Positions 9,290 to 19,243 are shown, counted from the whole stretch's first letter. The stretch is DNA of 61,702 nucleotides, filler included, from Chthonomonadaceae bacterium (GCA_035650735.1; 4 parts of 4 records of this genome joined end to end with filler, not necessarily neighbours in it); one strand, 5' to 3'. Notes: a model not told the origin generated them from the sequence alone. Numbers and translations: made by a program.

Positions 9290-10222
9290 ATGAACAAGCG
9301 TGAACGTATTCTGGCCGCGTGCCAGGCGCAGCCTGTGGACCGGGTGCCCTACAGCCTCTGGTATCACTTCGGGCTGGAACCGCCCGCCGGAGAGGAGATG
9401 GTGCGGGCTGAGCTGGATTTCTATCGGCGCTACGATCCCGACCTGTTTAAGATCATGCATGACATCCCCTACGAGATGCCACCCGATCTGCCCCGGGTGC
9501 AGTCCGCCGCGGATTGGAGGCGTCTGCCCGTTCTGGATGGGCAGAGCGGCAACTTCGGCCAACAACTGGCCGCCATCCGCCAGATCCGGGCGCAAATCGG
9601 CGATGACGTGCCGCTGGTAGATACCCTATTCGGCGTGTTCGCCACGGCGCAAAAGCTCTGCGGTGGCCGCACGCTGGAGTTTCTGCGCGCCGACCCGGAG
9701 GCGACTCACGCGGGGCTGGGCCAGATCACCGTCTCCCTCGCCAACTATGCCAGGGCTTTGATCGCCAATGGGGGCGATGGGATATATCTGGCTATCTCTG
9801 GAGCCGACGCGGATACGATGGAGGCGGGCGAGTACCAGAAGCATTTCCTGACCTACGATCAACACATATTGGATGCGGCCCGGAGCGGGGCGGTCAATGT
9901 GGTACATCATCACGGGCGGGGAATTTATGCCGATCTGATCCTGGGGTTGCGCGGCTTTCAGGTCTATAGCTGGAGCAACTGGCTGGAAGGCAACCCGGAT
10001 ATCGGGGCCGTGCGCGCGAAGACGGGGGTGTGCCTAATGACGGGCATTGACGAAACCACTTTCGGCCAGGTGTCGGCAGAAGAGATCGTGCGTCAGGGAC
10101 GGGAGGCCATTGCCGCCGTGCAGGGGCGCGGGCTTATTCTGGCGCCGGGATGCGCCGTGCCCACTCCGCCCGCCTCCCCGGAAGCCAACCTCCAGGCCGT
10201 GCGCGCTGCCGTCGCCGGATAG
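9290..10222 (+). CDS. Uroporphyrinogen decarboxylase-like (URO-D/MtaA superfamily) protein
   Basis: MNKRERI...VDRVPYSLWYHF and C-terminal LILAPGCAVP motifs. Confidence 0.85.
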   Translation: MNKRERILAACQAQPVDRVPYSLWYHFGLEPPAGEEMVRAELDFYRRYDPDLFKIMHDIPYEMPPDLPRVQSAADWRRLPVLDGQSGNFGQQLAAIRQIRAQIGDDVPLVDTLFGVFATAQKLCGGRTLEFLRADPEATHAGLGQITVSLANYARALIANGGDGIYLAISGADADTMEAGEYQKHFLTYDQHILDAARSGAVNVVHHHGRGIYADLILGLRGFQVYSWSNWLEGNPDIGAVRAKTGVCLMTGIDETTFGQVSAEEIVRQGREAIAAVQGRGLILAPGCAVPTPPASPEANLQAVRAAVAG

Positions 10223-10244
10223 GGTCCCGAAAGGATAGCAAGGG

Positions 10245-12716
10245 ATGTTGTGGCGGCTTGTGCTGGCGATACTGCTCGTTTGCATTGGGGAGGGCAACGC
10301 AATGGGTGTAGACAACGCGGCGAGCGCCTGGCAGGATGCGATCCTGAGCGTACCCTACGACACGGCACCACGCCGGCCTTTGCTGGAACTCATCCGCCAG
10401 GACTATGAGCAGTTGGAGGGCAACCGCTCCATCCTCAAGACCCCCCTGGTCATCGGCAAGCGCCGCTTCCAGCACGGGATCGGAACCCATGCGGTCAGCC
10501 ATCTCCGCATCCACTCGCCGGAGCCGATCCGGCAGTTTGCCGCCTGGGTGGGCGTGGATAACAACGCGCGGACGCAAGGGGCGCTAGGCTCGGTCGTCTT
10601 CGCGGTGGAAGCGGCGGGCCGCGCCATTTACCGCTCCGGCGTGCTTCGGGGCGGCCAGGAGGCCCAGCGCGTGGAGGTGGACGCCGGGAGCGTGATGACG
10701 CTGGATCTGCGCGTGGACGACGGCGGCGACGGACCCGCATGTGACCACGCCGATTGGGCAGAGGCCGCCATCACCACGCAGAGCGGCAAGGTCTACCGCC
10801 TGGAGGAGATGGAGATGGGCGCGCCGGGCCAGGGCGGGCGATATCCCTTCCACTTTCTCTATGCGGGCAGGCCGAGCGATGTCCTGCTCGACCACTGGCG
10901 CCAGGAGCGGCAGACCGCCCAATTAGACCCAGATCGCGCCCGAATTACGACGACCTGGACGGACCCCGCCACCGGATTGCGCGTTCGCTGGGAGGCGACT
11001 CGCTACGCCGATTTTCCCGCGCTGGAGTGGGTGCTCACCTTCGAGAACGCCGGTTCGGCGGATACGCCCCTCCTGGAAGAGGTCCAGTCGATGGACTTGA
11101 CCTTTCACGCCACCGCCGCTGACGGCCCCTTCCTGCTGCACCGCTGCAACGGCGGCATTCCCGCCCCGGAGATGTATCGGCCCGAGATGCTGCCGGTGGA
11201 CGAAAAGCACCCGCAGACGCTTTCGGCGGGGTCGGGCCGTTCCTCGACGCGAGACTTCCCGTTCTTTAAGATCGAGATGGGGCACGCCTGGGCCATCGTC
11301 GCCGTCGGCTGGTCGGGAAACTGGAAGGCCCAGCTGGAGTGCCCCGCGCCGAAGCGGCTGCGCGCTACCGCTGGGTTAGAACGGACGCGCTTCCGGCTGC
11401 ATCCGGGAGAGCGAGTGCGTTCCGTGCGTATCCTCGTGTTGTATCATACAGGAGATACCCTCGAAAGTAACGCTCAGTTCCGCGAGCTTATCTACAAGCA
11501 TTACGCGGCCAGGCGCGGCGGCAAAACCCCGGAACCCATCCTCTTCTGCAATACCTGCTTCACGCGCGGCGGCGGCTGGCTCAACGAGTGCAACGCCGCC
11601 AACCAGATCTCGCTCATTCGCGCCTATGCGCCGCTGGGATTGGAAGCCCTGATCACCGACGCGGGATGGTTTGAGGGCGGCTGGCCGGCGGGCGCAGGCA
11701 ACTGGAACCCGCGCAAGGACGCCTATCCGCAGGGCATGGGGCCGGTGGCGGAGGCCGCGCGAGAGCACGGAATGGTCTACGGCCTCTGGTTTGAGCCGGA
11801 GCGTGTGGTGGCTGGGACGGAGTTGCAGAAGCGCCATCCCGAATGGCTCCTGCGCAGCCAGGAAGCCCCCCAGGAGACGTACCTGCTCAATTTCGGGCTG
11901 CCCGAGGTACAGGACTATTTCTTTCACATCGTCAAGGGCTTTATGGATCTGCCCGGCTTTCGGGTCTACCGGCAGGATTTCAACATGGACCCGCTGCCCT
12001 ACTGGCGCTTTAACGACGCACCCGACCGCCAGGGCATTACCGAGATGAAGTATGTCGAGGGCCTGTACGCCTTCTGGGATCGCATCGCCGCAACGTGGCC
12101 CGACAGCCTGCGGGAGGAGTGCGCCAGTGGCGGCCACCGCATTGACCTGGAGACGGTCATGCGGATGCACCTCCACCAGAAGAGCGACTACTGGTTCGAC
12201 GACGATGCCGATTTAGAGAGCCTGTGGGCGCTCAGCCAGTACCTGCCCAACAATGTCATCGTCGCCCATCTCAACCGGCTGGACGACTACTCGTTTCATG
12301 CGACGCTGGCCTCTTCGCTCTGCCTGGGCTGGATCGCCGATGCGCCCGATTTCGACCTCCAGCGCGGCCAGCAATTGGCGAGCCGGTATCGGGCGGTGCG
12401 GCGCCTGCTCACCGGCGCCTGGTATCCGCTGCTGCCCTATCCGCAGAGCCCGGCAGATTGGGCGGCCTCGCAGTATCACCGACCTGACTTGAACGAGGGA
12501 ATGATCCTCCTCTTCCGCCGCGCCGAGAGCCCGTACCGTACCGTCGAGGTCTCGCTGCACGGCCTGGAGCCGGACGCGACCTATGAGCTAACCTACGACG
12601 GCGAGGGCGCCAAAACGCGGCGGAAGGGGGCGGAGTTGATGGATCGGTTCCCGCTGACTCTGCCGGAGAGGCGGCGCTCGGAACTCATCCTGTATCGCAA
12701 GGCATCCGATGGATAG
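10245..12716 (+). CDS. GH36 alpha-galactosidase-like protein with N-terminal NPCBM domain
   Basis: Signal peptide; GIGTHA...DHADWAEA (NPCBM); DAGWF, GLWFEPE, RQDFN, ECASGGHRID (GH36). Confidence 0.9.
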   Translation: MLWRLVLAILLVCIGEGNAMGVDNAASAWQDAILSVPYDTAPRRPLLELIRQDYEQLEGNRSILKTPLVIGKRRFQHGIGTHAVSHLRIHSPEPIRQFAAWVGVDNNARTQGALGSVVFAVEAAGRAIYRSGVLRGGQEAQRVEVDAGSVMTLDLRVDDGGDGPACDHADWAEAAITTQSGKVYRLEEMEMGAPGQGGRYPFHFLYAGRPSDVLLDHWRQERQTAQLDPDRARITTTWTDPATGLRVRWEATRYADFPALEWVLTFENAGSADTPLLEEVQSMDLTFHATAADGPFLLHRCNGGIPAPEMYRPEMLPVDEKHPQTLSAGSGRSSTRDFPFFKIEMGHAWAIVAVGWSGNWKAQLECPAPKRLRATAGLERTRFRLHPGERVRSVRILVLYHTGDTLESNAQFRELIYKHYAARRGGKTPEPILFCNTCFTRGGGWLNECNAANQISLIRAYAPLGLEALITDAGWFEGGWPAGAGNWNPRKDAYPQGMGPVAEAAREHGMVYGLWFEPERVVAGTELQKRHPEWLLRSQEAPQETYLLNFGLPEVQDYFFHIVKGFMDLPGFRVYRQDFNMDPLPYWRFNDAPDRQGITEMKYVEGLYAFWDRIAATWPDSLREECASGGHRIDLETVMRMHLHQKSDYWFDDDADLESLWALSQYLPNNVIVAHLNRLDDYSFHATLASSLCLGWIADAPDFDLQRGQQLASRYRAVRRLLTGAWYPLLPYPQSPADWAASQYHRPDLNEGMILLFRRAESPYRTVEVSLHGLEPDATYELTYDGEGAKTRRKGAELMDRFPLTLPERRRSELILYRKASDG

Positions 12717-14103
12717 CGGAACCCTGACCTTCCTCTTCACCGACATCGAGGGCAGCACCCGGCTCTGGGAGCAGCACCCCGAAGCCATGCGCTCGGCCCT
12801 GGCCCGCCATGACGTCCTGCTCCAGGAGGCCATTGAGCAGCATAGCGGCCATGTGTTCAAAACCATAGGGGATGCCTTCTGCGCCGCCTTCGACGCCGCG
12901 CCGTCGGCTCTGGCGGCGGCCCTCTCGGCCCAGCGCGCCCTGGCTTCCGAAGACTGGCAGGCGCCGATCCGCCTGCGGGTGCGGATGGCCCTGCATACCG
13001 GGGCTGCTGAGGCGCGGGGCGGCGACTATTTTGGCCCGCCGCTCAACCGCGTGGCCCGGATGCTAGCGGCAGGTCACGGCGGTCAAGTGCTTCTCTCGCA
13101 GGCCGCCTGCGATCTGCTGGGCGACGCCCTGCCGGAAGGGGTCAGCCTGCGCGACCTGGGACGGCACCGCCTGCGGGATCTCCAGCAGTCCGAACATCTT
13201 TATCAACTGCTGCACCCGAATCTGCCCGCCGATTTCCCGCCCCTGCGCTCGCTGGAAGCCTTCGCGCATAACCTGCCGGTGCAACTGACCAGCTTTATCG
13301 GCAGGGAAAAGGAGATGGAAGAGATCAAGCGCCTGCTCTCCACGGCCCACCTGCTGACTCTGACCGGCTCCGGCGGCTGCGGCAAGACCCGGCTTGCCTT
13401 ACAGGTGGCCGCGGATCGGGTGGAGGAGTATGCCGACGGCGTGTGGCTGGTGGAACTGGCCGCGATTGCCGATCTGGGGCTGGTGCCGCAAACGGTGGCG
13501 GTGGCGCTGGGCGTGTCCGAGGAGCCGAACCGCCCGCTGGGGGAGACCCTGGCCAATTACCTACGCCCGAAATCGCTGTTGCTGGTGCTGGATAACTGCG
13601 AGCACCTGCTCACGGCGTGCGCGCAGCTGGCGGATACCCTGCTGCGCACCTGTCCCAAAGTGCGCATTCTGGCCAGCAGCCGCGAGGGCCTGGGGCTGCT
13701 GGGGGAGGCGCTCTATCATGTTCCCTCCCTGTCCTTGCCGGATGAGAAGCGGCTGCCTACCCTGGAGCAGTTAAGCCAGTATGAGGCCGTGCGCCTGTTT
13801 GTCGAGCGCGCGGTGCTGAGCCGGCCCGATTTTGCCGTCACCGCCCAGAACGCCGCCTCCGTGGTCCAGATCTGCTCCCGGCTCGACGGCATTCCGCTGG
13901 CCATCGAGCTAGCGGCGGCGCGCGCCCGGGCGCTGGCGGTGGAGCAGCTGGCCCAGCGGCTTGACGACCGTTTCCGCCTGCTGACCGGGGGCAGCCGCAC
14001 GGCCCTGCCCCGTCAGCAGACCTTGCGCGCCCTGATTGATTGGAGCTACGATCTGCTCTCGGAGGCGGAGCGCACGCTGTTGCGCCGCCTTTCGGTCTTC
14101 GTC
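12709..14103 (+). CDS. Class III adenylate/guanylate cyclase fused to STAND-type NTPase (truncated by contig end)
   Basis: FLFTDIEGST, KTIGDAF, RMALHTG; HNLPVQLTSFIGRE, GSGGCGKT, LVLDNCEH, LDGIPLAIELAA, WSYDLL. Confidence 0.92.
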
Positions 14104-14203
14104 NNNNNNNNNNNNNNNNNNNNNNNNNNNNNNNNNNNNNNNNNNNNTTAATTAATTAANNNNNNNNNNNNNNNNNNNNNNNNNNNNNNNNNNNNNNNNN
14201 NNN
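14104..14203. other. Artificial contig linker
   Basis: N-run + TTAATTAATTAA + N-run. Confidence 0.97.
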
Positions 14204-14373
14204 CCGCAGAGATCGGTGCGATTTGAGCCTCTTTCAGATCGGGCTGCTCTGGATTGAGCATTGCCTCAACGAAGGATTACCTATTCCAGTTCTGTTGAGC
14301 ATACGGAGACTTTGCCCCGACAGAAAAAGTGTACGGTAGTGAAATCTAGGGCTGCCGATTTGCGTCGGAATTA

Positions 14374-14402
14374 TTGACAGCGGGGCATGGCTATGGTATC
14401 TT
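14374..14402 (+). promoter_or_regulatory. Sigma70-type promoter of greA
   Basis: TTGACA (14374-14379), 17 bp, TATCTT (14397-14402) with extended -10 TG. Confidence 0.75.
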
Positions 14403-14409
14403 AAATTGC

Positions 14410-14458
14410 AGTGCGAACCGGCGTGAGCTTGCCAGCGCCTTCGCACTCTGTTTTTTTT
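14410..14458 (+). terminator. Intrinsic terminator/attenuator in greA leader
   Basis: AGTGCGAA..GGCG / CGCC TTCGCACT stem followed by a T-run, between promoter and start codon. Confidence 0.65.
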
Positions 14459-14506
14459 GACGCAGATCGGGCATAATTCGGATAGCAAGAGGGTAGACAA
14501 CGGGCC

Positions 14507-14983
14507 ATGCATCACGACGAACTGATTCTTACCGAAAGCAGCAAGAAGCGGCTGGAAGAGGAGCTTAACGAACTCCGCACGGTCAAGCGCGCGGAAATCA
14601 CGGAAGCGATCCGCAGAGCCCGAGGTTATGGGGACCTCTCGGAGAATTTTGAATATCAATCGGCGCGGCAGGCCCAGGCTATTCTTAACGGCAGAATCGC
14701 GGAGTTGGAGGCGCTGCTGGAGAGGGCAAAGGTTGTCGAGGATGAGGTGATAGGTGGCGATCAGGTGGGGCTGGGCTCCATCGTGGCCGTCCGTGACCTG
14801 GAAACCGACGACGAGTTTGAATTCACCATCGTAGACGCCACCTCCGCCGATCCGCTCAACGATAAAATCTCCTATTCCTCCCCGGTCGGTCAGGCGTTGA
14901 TGAAAAAGAAGGTCGGCGATGTGGTCAGCGTCCCCATTCCCGACGGCGTGGCCCATTACGAGATCATCGGGCTGCGCCACTAG
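14507..14983 (+). CDS. greA: Transcription elongation factor GreA
   Basis: ARGYGDLSENFEYQSAR and ISYSSPVGQALM signatures; 158 aa. Confidence 0.96.
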   Translation: MHHDELILTESSKKRLEEELNELRTVKRAEITEAIRRARGYGDLSENFEYQSARQAQAILNGRIAELEALLERAKVVEDEVIGGDQVGLGSIVAVRDLETDDEFEFTIVDATSADPLNDKISYSSPVGQALMKKKVGDVVSVPIPDGVAHYEIIGLRH

Positions 14984-15090
14984 CCGGCGGAGAAGCAACT
15001 CCCGACCAAAAGAAACCCCGGAAGTTCCCTAACCTGTAGAACTTAGAACCTATTCCCTGGCTGGCGGAGAGCGACTCCCAACCAATAGAA

Positions 15091-15127
15091 ACAGGCCGGG
15101 TGTATCGTACACCTGGCCTGTGTTGTT
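15091..15127. terminator. Probable bidirectional terminator
   Basis: ACAGGCCGGGTGTA-TCG-TACACCTGGCCTGT hairpin between convergent genes. Confidence 0.7.
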
Positions 15128-15167
15128 ATGTCAAGCGGCCAGACAGAACCCGCTCCGAAATCGGCGC

Positions 15168-15581
15168 TCAGACGCCAGCAAGCGTTTTGGCGGCAGCTGG
15201 CGCGGCGCGTCTCTGCAATCGTGCGGGTCTGGCTCTGCGCGCGCGCTCCTCTCTGTAAAGGGCGGCGGAGGGCTCGGAAGCGTCTTTAGAAAGCAGGTCA
15301 CGCCGGACAGAGCGCGGTAACGGGATGGGCGGCTGTTGCTCTCGCGTCTGCTCAAGACGCTGCCCCACGCGCGCCACTTCCTCCAGAACGCGCCGAGTGC
15401 GCGCCCCACGGGGCAGTTCCGCCACCTGGGCTACCGTCCAGAAATGCGTTCCCACAGGGCAGGACTCCACGGCCCAGATGCGCCCCTCCACATCTTTCAC
15501 GAGCGCAAACTTTAGCCCTGGCGGCACCTGCCAGGTGCGGATAACCTGAGCGATAATTGGTTTGGGCGCTATCTGCGACAT
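15168..15581 (-). CDS. Hypothetical protein (137 aa, basic C-terminal tail)
   Basis: GGAG RBS before ATG 15581 (MSQIAPKP); globular-looking N-terminus; no family recognised. Confidence 0.55.
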   Translation of the reverse strand: MSQIAPKPIIAQVIRTWQVPPGLKFALVKDVEGRIWAVESCPVGTHFWTVAQVAELPRGARTRRVLEEVARVGQRLEQTREQQPPIPLPRSVRRDLLSKDASEPSAALYREERARRARPARLQRRAAPAAAKTLAGV

Positions 15582-15726
15582 CTGTTCTCCACTCACGAAA
15601 GAGATCGACAAGAGAAGATTCGGCAATGGTTGCCTAATATGACATCGGCATAAATATCCTCTTTCCTTAGGTTAAACGAACGGGCCGAGCTTCATGTTCC
15701 TATTTTTCACGCAAAACTGCGTAAAC

Positions 15727-15759
15727 GTTGTTGCTTTAGTGTACAATAGCACCAACAAC
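15727..15759 (+). promoter_or_regulatory. TA promoter with inverted-repeat operator
   Basis: GTTGTTG (15727-15733) / CAACAAC (15753-15759) flanking -10-like TACAAT (15742-15747). Confidence 0.55.
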
Positions 15760-15772
15760 AGAAAGGAGGGTT

Positions 15773-16222
15773 ATGTCCGTGTCTCAAATTCTCAGTCTGC
15801 GCCTACCCGATGAACTGGTAAACCGGCTTGACCGCTTTGCCCGAAGGCTAGGCAACGGCATGACCCGCACCCGCGCTGGCGTCCTATTGCTGGACGAGGC
15901 GTTGCGCGAGGAGGAATTCGCCGGGATCGAGTTCCGCAACACGTTCATAGGGCGGCAGCCCGTTGTGAAGCAGTCGGGCATGGCGGTATGGGAGTTCGTC
16001 ATGGTAGCCAGAGGCTTCGATATGGACGCCGAGCGCACCGCCGCCTATTTGCAGTGCCCGGTCGAGAACGTGAAGGCTGCGCTGAACTACTACGAGGCTT
16101 TCCGCGAGGAGATAGACCAGGCGCTTGCCGATAACAACATGGGTGAGGAGCGGCTGAAACGGAGGTTTCCTAACCTCCGCGTGTTCACGTTCCCTAAGCA
16201 AGATGAGGAGCAGCCTTCCTGA
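15773..16222 (+). CDS. Antitoxin, RHH-like + DUF433 domain
   Basis: LSLRLPDELVNRLDRFA (RHH); GRQPVVKQSGMAVW...VKAALNYY...EID (DUF433); AAGGAGG RBS. Confidence 0.82.
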   Translation: MSVSQILSLRLPDELVNRLDRFARRLGNGMTRTRAGVLLLDEALREEEFAGIEFRNTFIGRQPVVKQSGMAVWEFVMVARGFDMDAERTAAYLQCPVENVKAALNYYEAFREEIDQALADNNMGEERLKRRFPNLRVFTFPKQDEEQPS

Positions 16223-16599
16223 TGCTTGCTCTGCTGACGGACGCGCATATCTCCCCGGATGTGGCAGAGCAAGTGAAGGCCAAGCGAACGGAGAGCGTCA
16301 TTCATAGCCTGCAAACGTGGTGCGGCGGCGCATTCCTACGAACAGAGGACGCTGTGATCCTAACGGCAGCATTGGAAGAAGGGCTTACCTTCGTGACCTA
16401 CGACCAGCGCACCATAGCCCCTCTGATGATGCAATGGGCGACCGAAGGGCGCGACCACGCCGGGATCGTTTTTATTGATGAGAGAAGCATCGCGCAAGGA
16501 GATATAGGCGGCAAGGTACGCGCCCTCCTCAGCCTATGGGAGAAGGGGAACGCACTAGATTGGAAGAACACCTTCACCTACCTAAAACCCGAGCCGTAG
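16222..16599 (+). CDS. PIN-like toxin (DUF5615/VapC45-like)
   Basis: LLTDAHIS, EDAVIL, FVTYD, HAGIVF motifs; TGATG overlap with the antitoxin. Confidence 0.85.
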   Translation: MLALLTDAHISPDVAEQVKAKRTESVIHSLQTWCGGAFLRTEDAVILTAALEEGLTFVTYDQRTIAPLMMQWATEGRDHAGIVFIDERSIAQGDIGGKVRALLSLWEKGNALDWKNTFTYLKPEP

Positions 16600-16778
16600 G
16601 AAAATTCCCGGAAAAGCCGTATTTACACAACGCTATCTAACCGTGACGATTCACCCGAACGTTTTCTGCCTTCTTAACCGCCAGGGCAGGGCAACTTGAC
16701 GGGCGGAGCGTGGCAGGTTATAATGCCACAGGTTGCAGCAAGCACTTATCCCGCAGAGGCAGGAGGCGGCAGAACGGC

Positions 16779-19211
16779 ATGGCGGCGTTGACGCTGACGT
16801 TAGAGACTTATCGTGACAAGGTTTTCGGCGGCTGGCAGGGCAAGAGCGCGGGCGTGACGCTGGGCACGGGGCTGCGCGGCCAGTTGACGCCGGGCCGCAA
16901 TAACTTCTATAGTCCCGTTCCCGGCCAACCGGCCGCCAGCGCCGCGCTGGATTTCCCGCTGGTGTGGCTGGAGGTGATGGAGCAGGCGGGGCCGGAGGTT
17001 GCACCGGAAGATCTGGCGGTGGCCTGGCTGGAGCATCTGGACTATCCGCAGGACGAGTTCGGCTATGCGGCGCTGAACCTGCGGCGCGGCCTGCCGCCTC
17101 CCGCCTCCGGAGCTTATAACAACTGGTTCCGGCACGCTACCGGCGGGGTGATGCGCGCCGACTTCTGGGCCCTGCTCGCGCCGGGCGCACCGCAGGTCGC
17201 CGCCGCCTACGCCTACCACGACGCCAAACTCGACCACTGCGAGGACGGCCTCTGGGCGGCGATGTTCCTGGCGGCGCTGGGAAGCGCGGCCTTCTTCCTC
17301 TCCGACCCACTGATCCTGACCACCATCGGCCTGGCGATGATTCCCCGCACCTGCCGTACCGCCCGCGCCATCAAGACCGCGCTGGCCGCCGCACAGCGGG
17401 CCGCGACCTGGCTGGAGGCGCGCGAGAGCGTGCAGCATGAGGTCGGCCATCCCAACTTCACGGACGTAGCGCAGAACATGGGGTTTTTCACCATCGGCCT
17501 GTTCTACGGCTCGGGAGATTTCGGCGGGTCGTTGTGCGCGGCGGTCAACTGCGGCTACGACTCAGAGATCGTTGGTGGGGCGCTGGGGGCGGTGCTGGGG
17601 ATCCTGCGCGGGGGCAGCGGCCTGCCCGCCGAATGGACCCGGCCCATCGGCGACATCCTGATTCCGGGCCTGGGGATGCGCGACTTCGAGGCGCCCATGA
17701 CCCTCACGGAAGCAGTCGAGCGCACGATGGCGGTCGGGCAGAAAGTCGTTGCGGCCCGCTGCCCGGACGTGCAGCTTGGGGAGCCACCCTCCGCTTCCTC
17801 CTTTCTCCCTCCGGACATTGCCGAACGGCCCCTTGCACCGGAGACACCCGAAACGGCGGCAGCGGCGCCTGCGGCCCCGGAGACGCCCTCCGCTGCGCCG
17901 GAGCAACACGAGGAACCGGCACCCTTCACGGAAGTCTCCGCGCCACCGCCGGGAGCCGAGAGCCTGGCAGGTGCGCCAGCCCCCGAACGCGACAAGCAGC
18001 AGGCCGAAGAGGCCAAAAAGGCCGAGAGCGCGGCAGGTGCCCCAGCCCCTCCCGCTGTGCCGACGGCATCGGAGGCGGCCTCAGCGGTGGAAGCCACCGC
18101 GCCGCAGATGCCCGCGCCGGAAGCCGTCCCTTCCCCCACGCCGGAGCCGCAATCGCCATCGGAGGCCGCTTCTCCAGCCCAGCCGGGCGTTCTCCGGCCC
18201 CAGCCGGTGGCCGAGGCCGCTCCGATCCCGCAGGCAGTCGCTCCGGCTCCCTCTGCCCCGGAAGCGGCCTCGGCTGCGCCTGCCGCGCCGGTAGCGCCCG
18301 ATCTGGCCGGCGCCATTGCCTGGGCCGACAATACGCTGATCAAGCCTCTGCTGGTAACGCCGCCCAATGCGTTCTTCACGCAGGCCGGGGATTTTGAGGT
18401 CGTCATGGACGCGGGCGAGACGCCGACCATCGCCTTTAATCAACCCCGCACGCTCACCTTCTCGGTCGTCAATCGCGGCGCCAGCCCGTTCAGCGGGCGC
18501 GTCACGCTGCTGGCCCCGCCCGGCTGGCAGGTCACCACGCCGCCGACGCTGGGCCAGCGCCAGTATATCGCCGCCAGCACCGGCACGCTGCGCACCGACT
18601 TCACCCTGCATGTGAAGGAGGGACAGGGACGCATTGACATCGCCAACACGGTCATGCTGCGCTTCGCCCCGGAGGGCGGCGGCACGCCGGTCGAGGCGGA
18701 GTTTATGCTGATGGGCGCCTCCTGCTGGTGGGCGGTCGGCCCCTTCGCCAATTTCGATGGCGAGGGCTTTGACCGCTCCTATATGCCGGAGGATAGGCCG
18801 GGACTGGGCGAGAGCTATCTAAGCCGGAACCTTCAGCAGGTGCAGTGGCAGAAGCTCACCTTCCCAGAAAGCGTGCTTGACTTGGAGCCGCTGTTCCGGG
18901 GTTCCTCCGGCGTCTGCTACGGACAGACCATCCTCCGCAGCCCGACGACCCGCGAGGCGCGTCTGGTCGCCAATACCAATAGCGGCGTCAAGGTCTGGCT
19001 CAACGGCGCGCTGGTGCTGCGCCGCTTCAACCGCGAGGTCTTCCGTCCTCAGTTGGGCAGCGGTCCCTGGGCGGTGGATGTCACCCTGCGCGCGGGAGAC
19101 AACCAGGTGCTGGTCAAATGGGTGCGCGGCAGCGAGCCGTTTGCGTTCAGCCTGACCGTCAGCGACCGCCAGGGACGCGGCCTGCCGGAAGTCGGCAACA
19201 CCTCCTGGTAG
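16779..19211 (+). CDS. ADP-ribosylglycohydrolase-family protein with Ala/Pro/Glu-rich linker and C-terminal beta domains
   Basis: YRDKVFGGWQGKSAG, DEFGYAALNL..G..PP.SG, MRADFWA, AVNCGYD; C-terminal GPF...GVCY...KVWLNG...GDNQVLVK module. Confidence 0.85.
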   Translation: MAALTLTLETYRDKVFGGWQGKSAGVTLGTGLRGQLTPGRNNFYSPVPGQPAASAALDFPLVWLEVMEQAGPEVAPEDLAVAWLEHLDYPQDEFGYAALNLRRGLPPPASGAYNNWFRHATGGVMRADFWALLAPGAPQVAAAYAYHDAKLDHCEDGLWAAMFLAALGSAAFFLSDPLILTTIGLAMIPRTCRTARAIKTALAAAQRAATWLEARESVQHEVGHPNFTDVAQNMGFFTIGLFYGSGDFGGSLCAAVNCGYDSEIVGGALGAVLGILRGGSGLPAEWTRPIGDILIPGLGMRDFEAPMTLTEAVERTMAVGQKVVAARCPDVQLGEPPSASSFLPPDIAERPLAPETPETAAAAPAAPETPSAAPEQHEEPAPFTEVSAPPPGAESLAGAPAPERDKQQAEEAKKAESAAGAPAPPAVPTASEAASAVEATAPQMPAPEAVPSPTPEPQSPSEAASPAQPGVLRPQPVAEAAPIPQAVAPAPSAPEAASAAPAAPVAPDLAGAIAWADNTLIKPLLVTPPNAFFTQAGDFEVVMDAGETPTIAFNQPRTLTFSVVNRGASPFSGRVTLLAPPGWQVTTPPTLGQRQYIAASTGTLRTDFTLHVKEGQGRIDIANTVMLRFAPEGGGTPVEAEFMLMGASCWWAVGPFANFDGEGFDRSYMPEDRPGLGESYLSRNLQQVQWQKLTFPESVLDLEPLFRGSSGVCYGQTILRSPTTREARLVANTNSGVKVWLNGALVLRRFNREVFRPQLGSGPWAVDVTLRAGDNQVLVKWVRGSEPFAFSLTVSDRQGRGLPEVGNTSW

Positions 19212-19243
19212 ATCCCGCTTTCGCGGCGCAGACCAAACTAAAG

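Noticed and set aside
14104..14203. TTAATTAATTAA inside N-runs (also near 29330 and 47566)
   Set aside because: Identical all-frame stop linker at each gap; an assembly artefact, so cross-gap gene neighbourhoods were not interpreted.
15062..15071. TGGCGGAGAG resembling a reversed tRNA 3' end (att remnant)
   Set aside because: Only 10 bp, with no cloverleaf, second copy or integrase.
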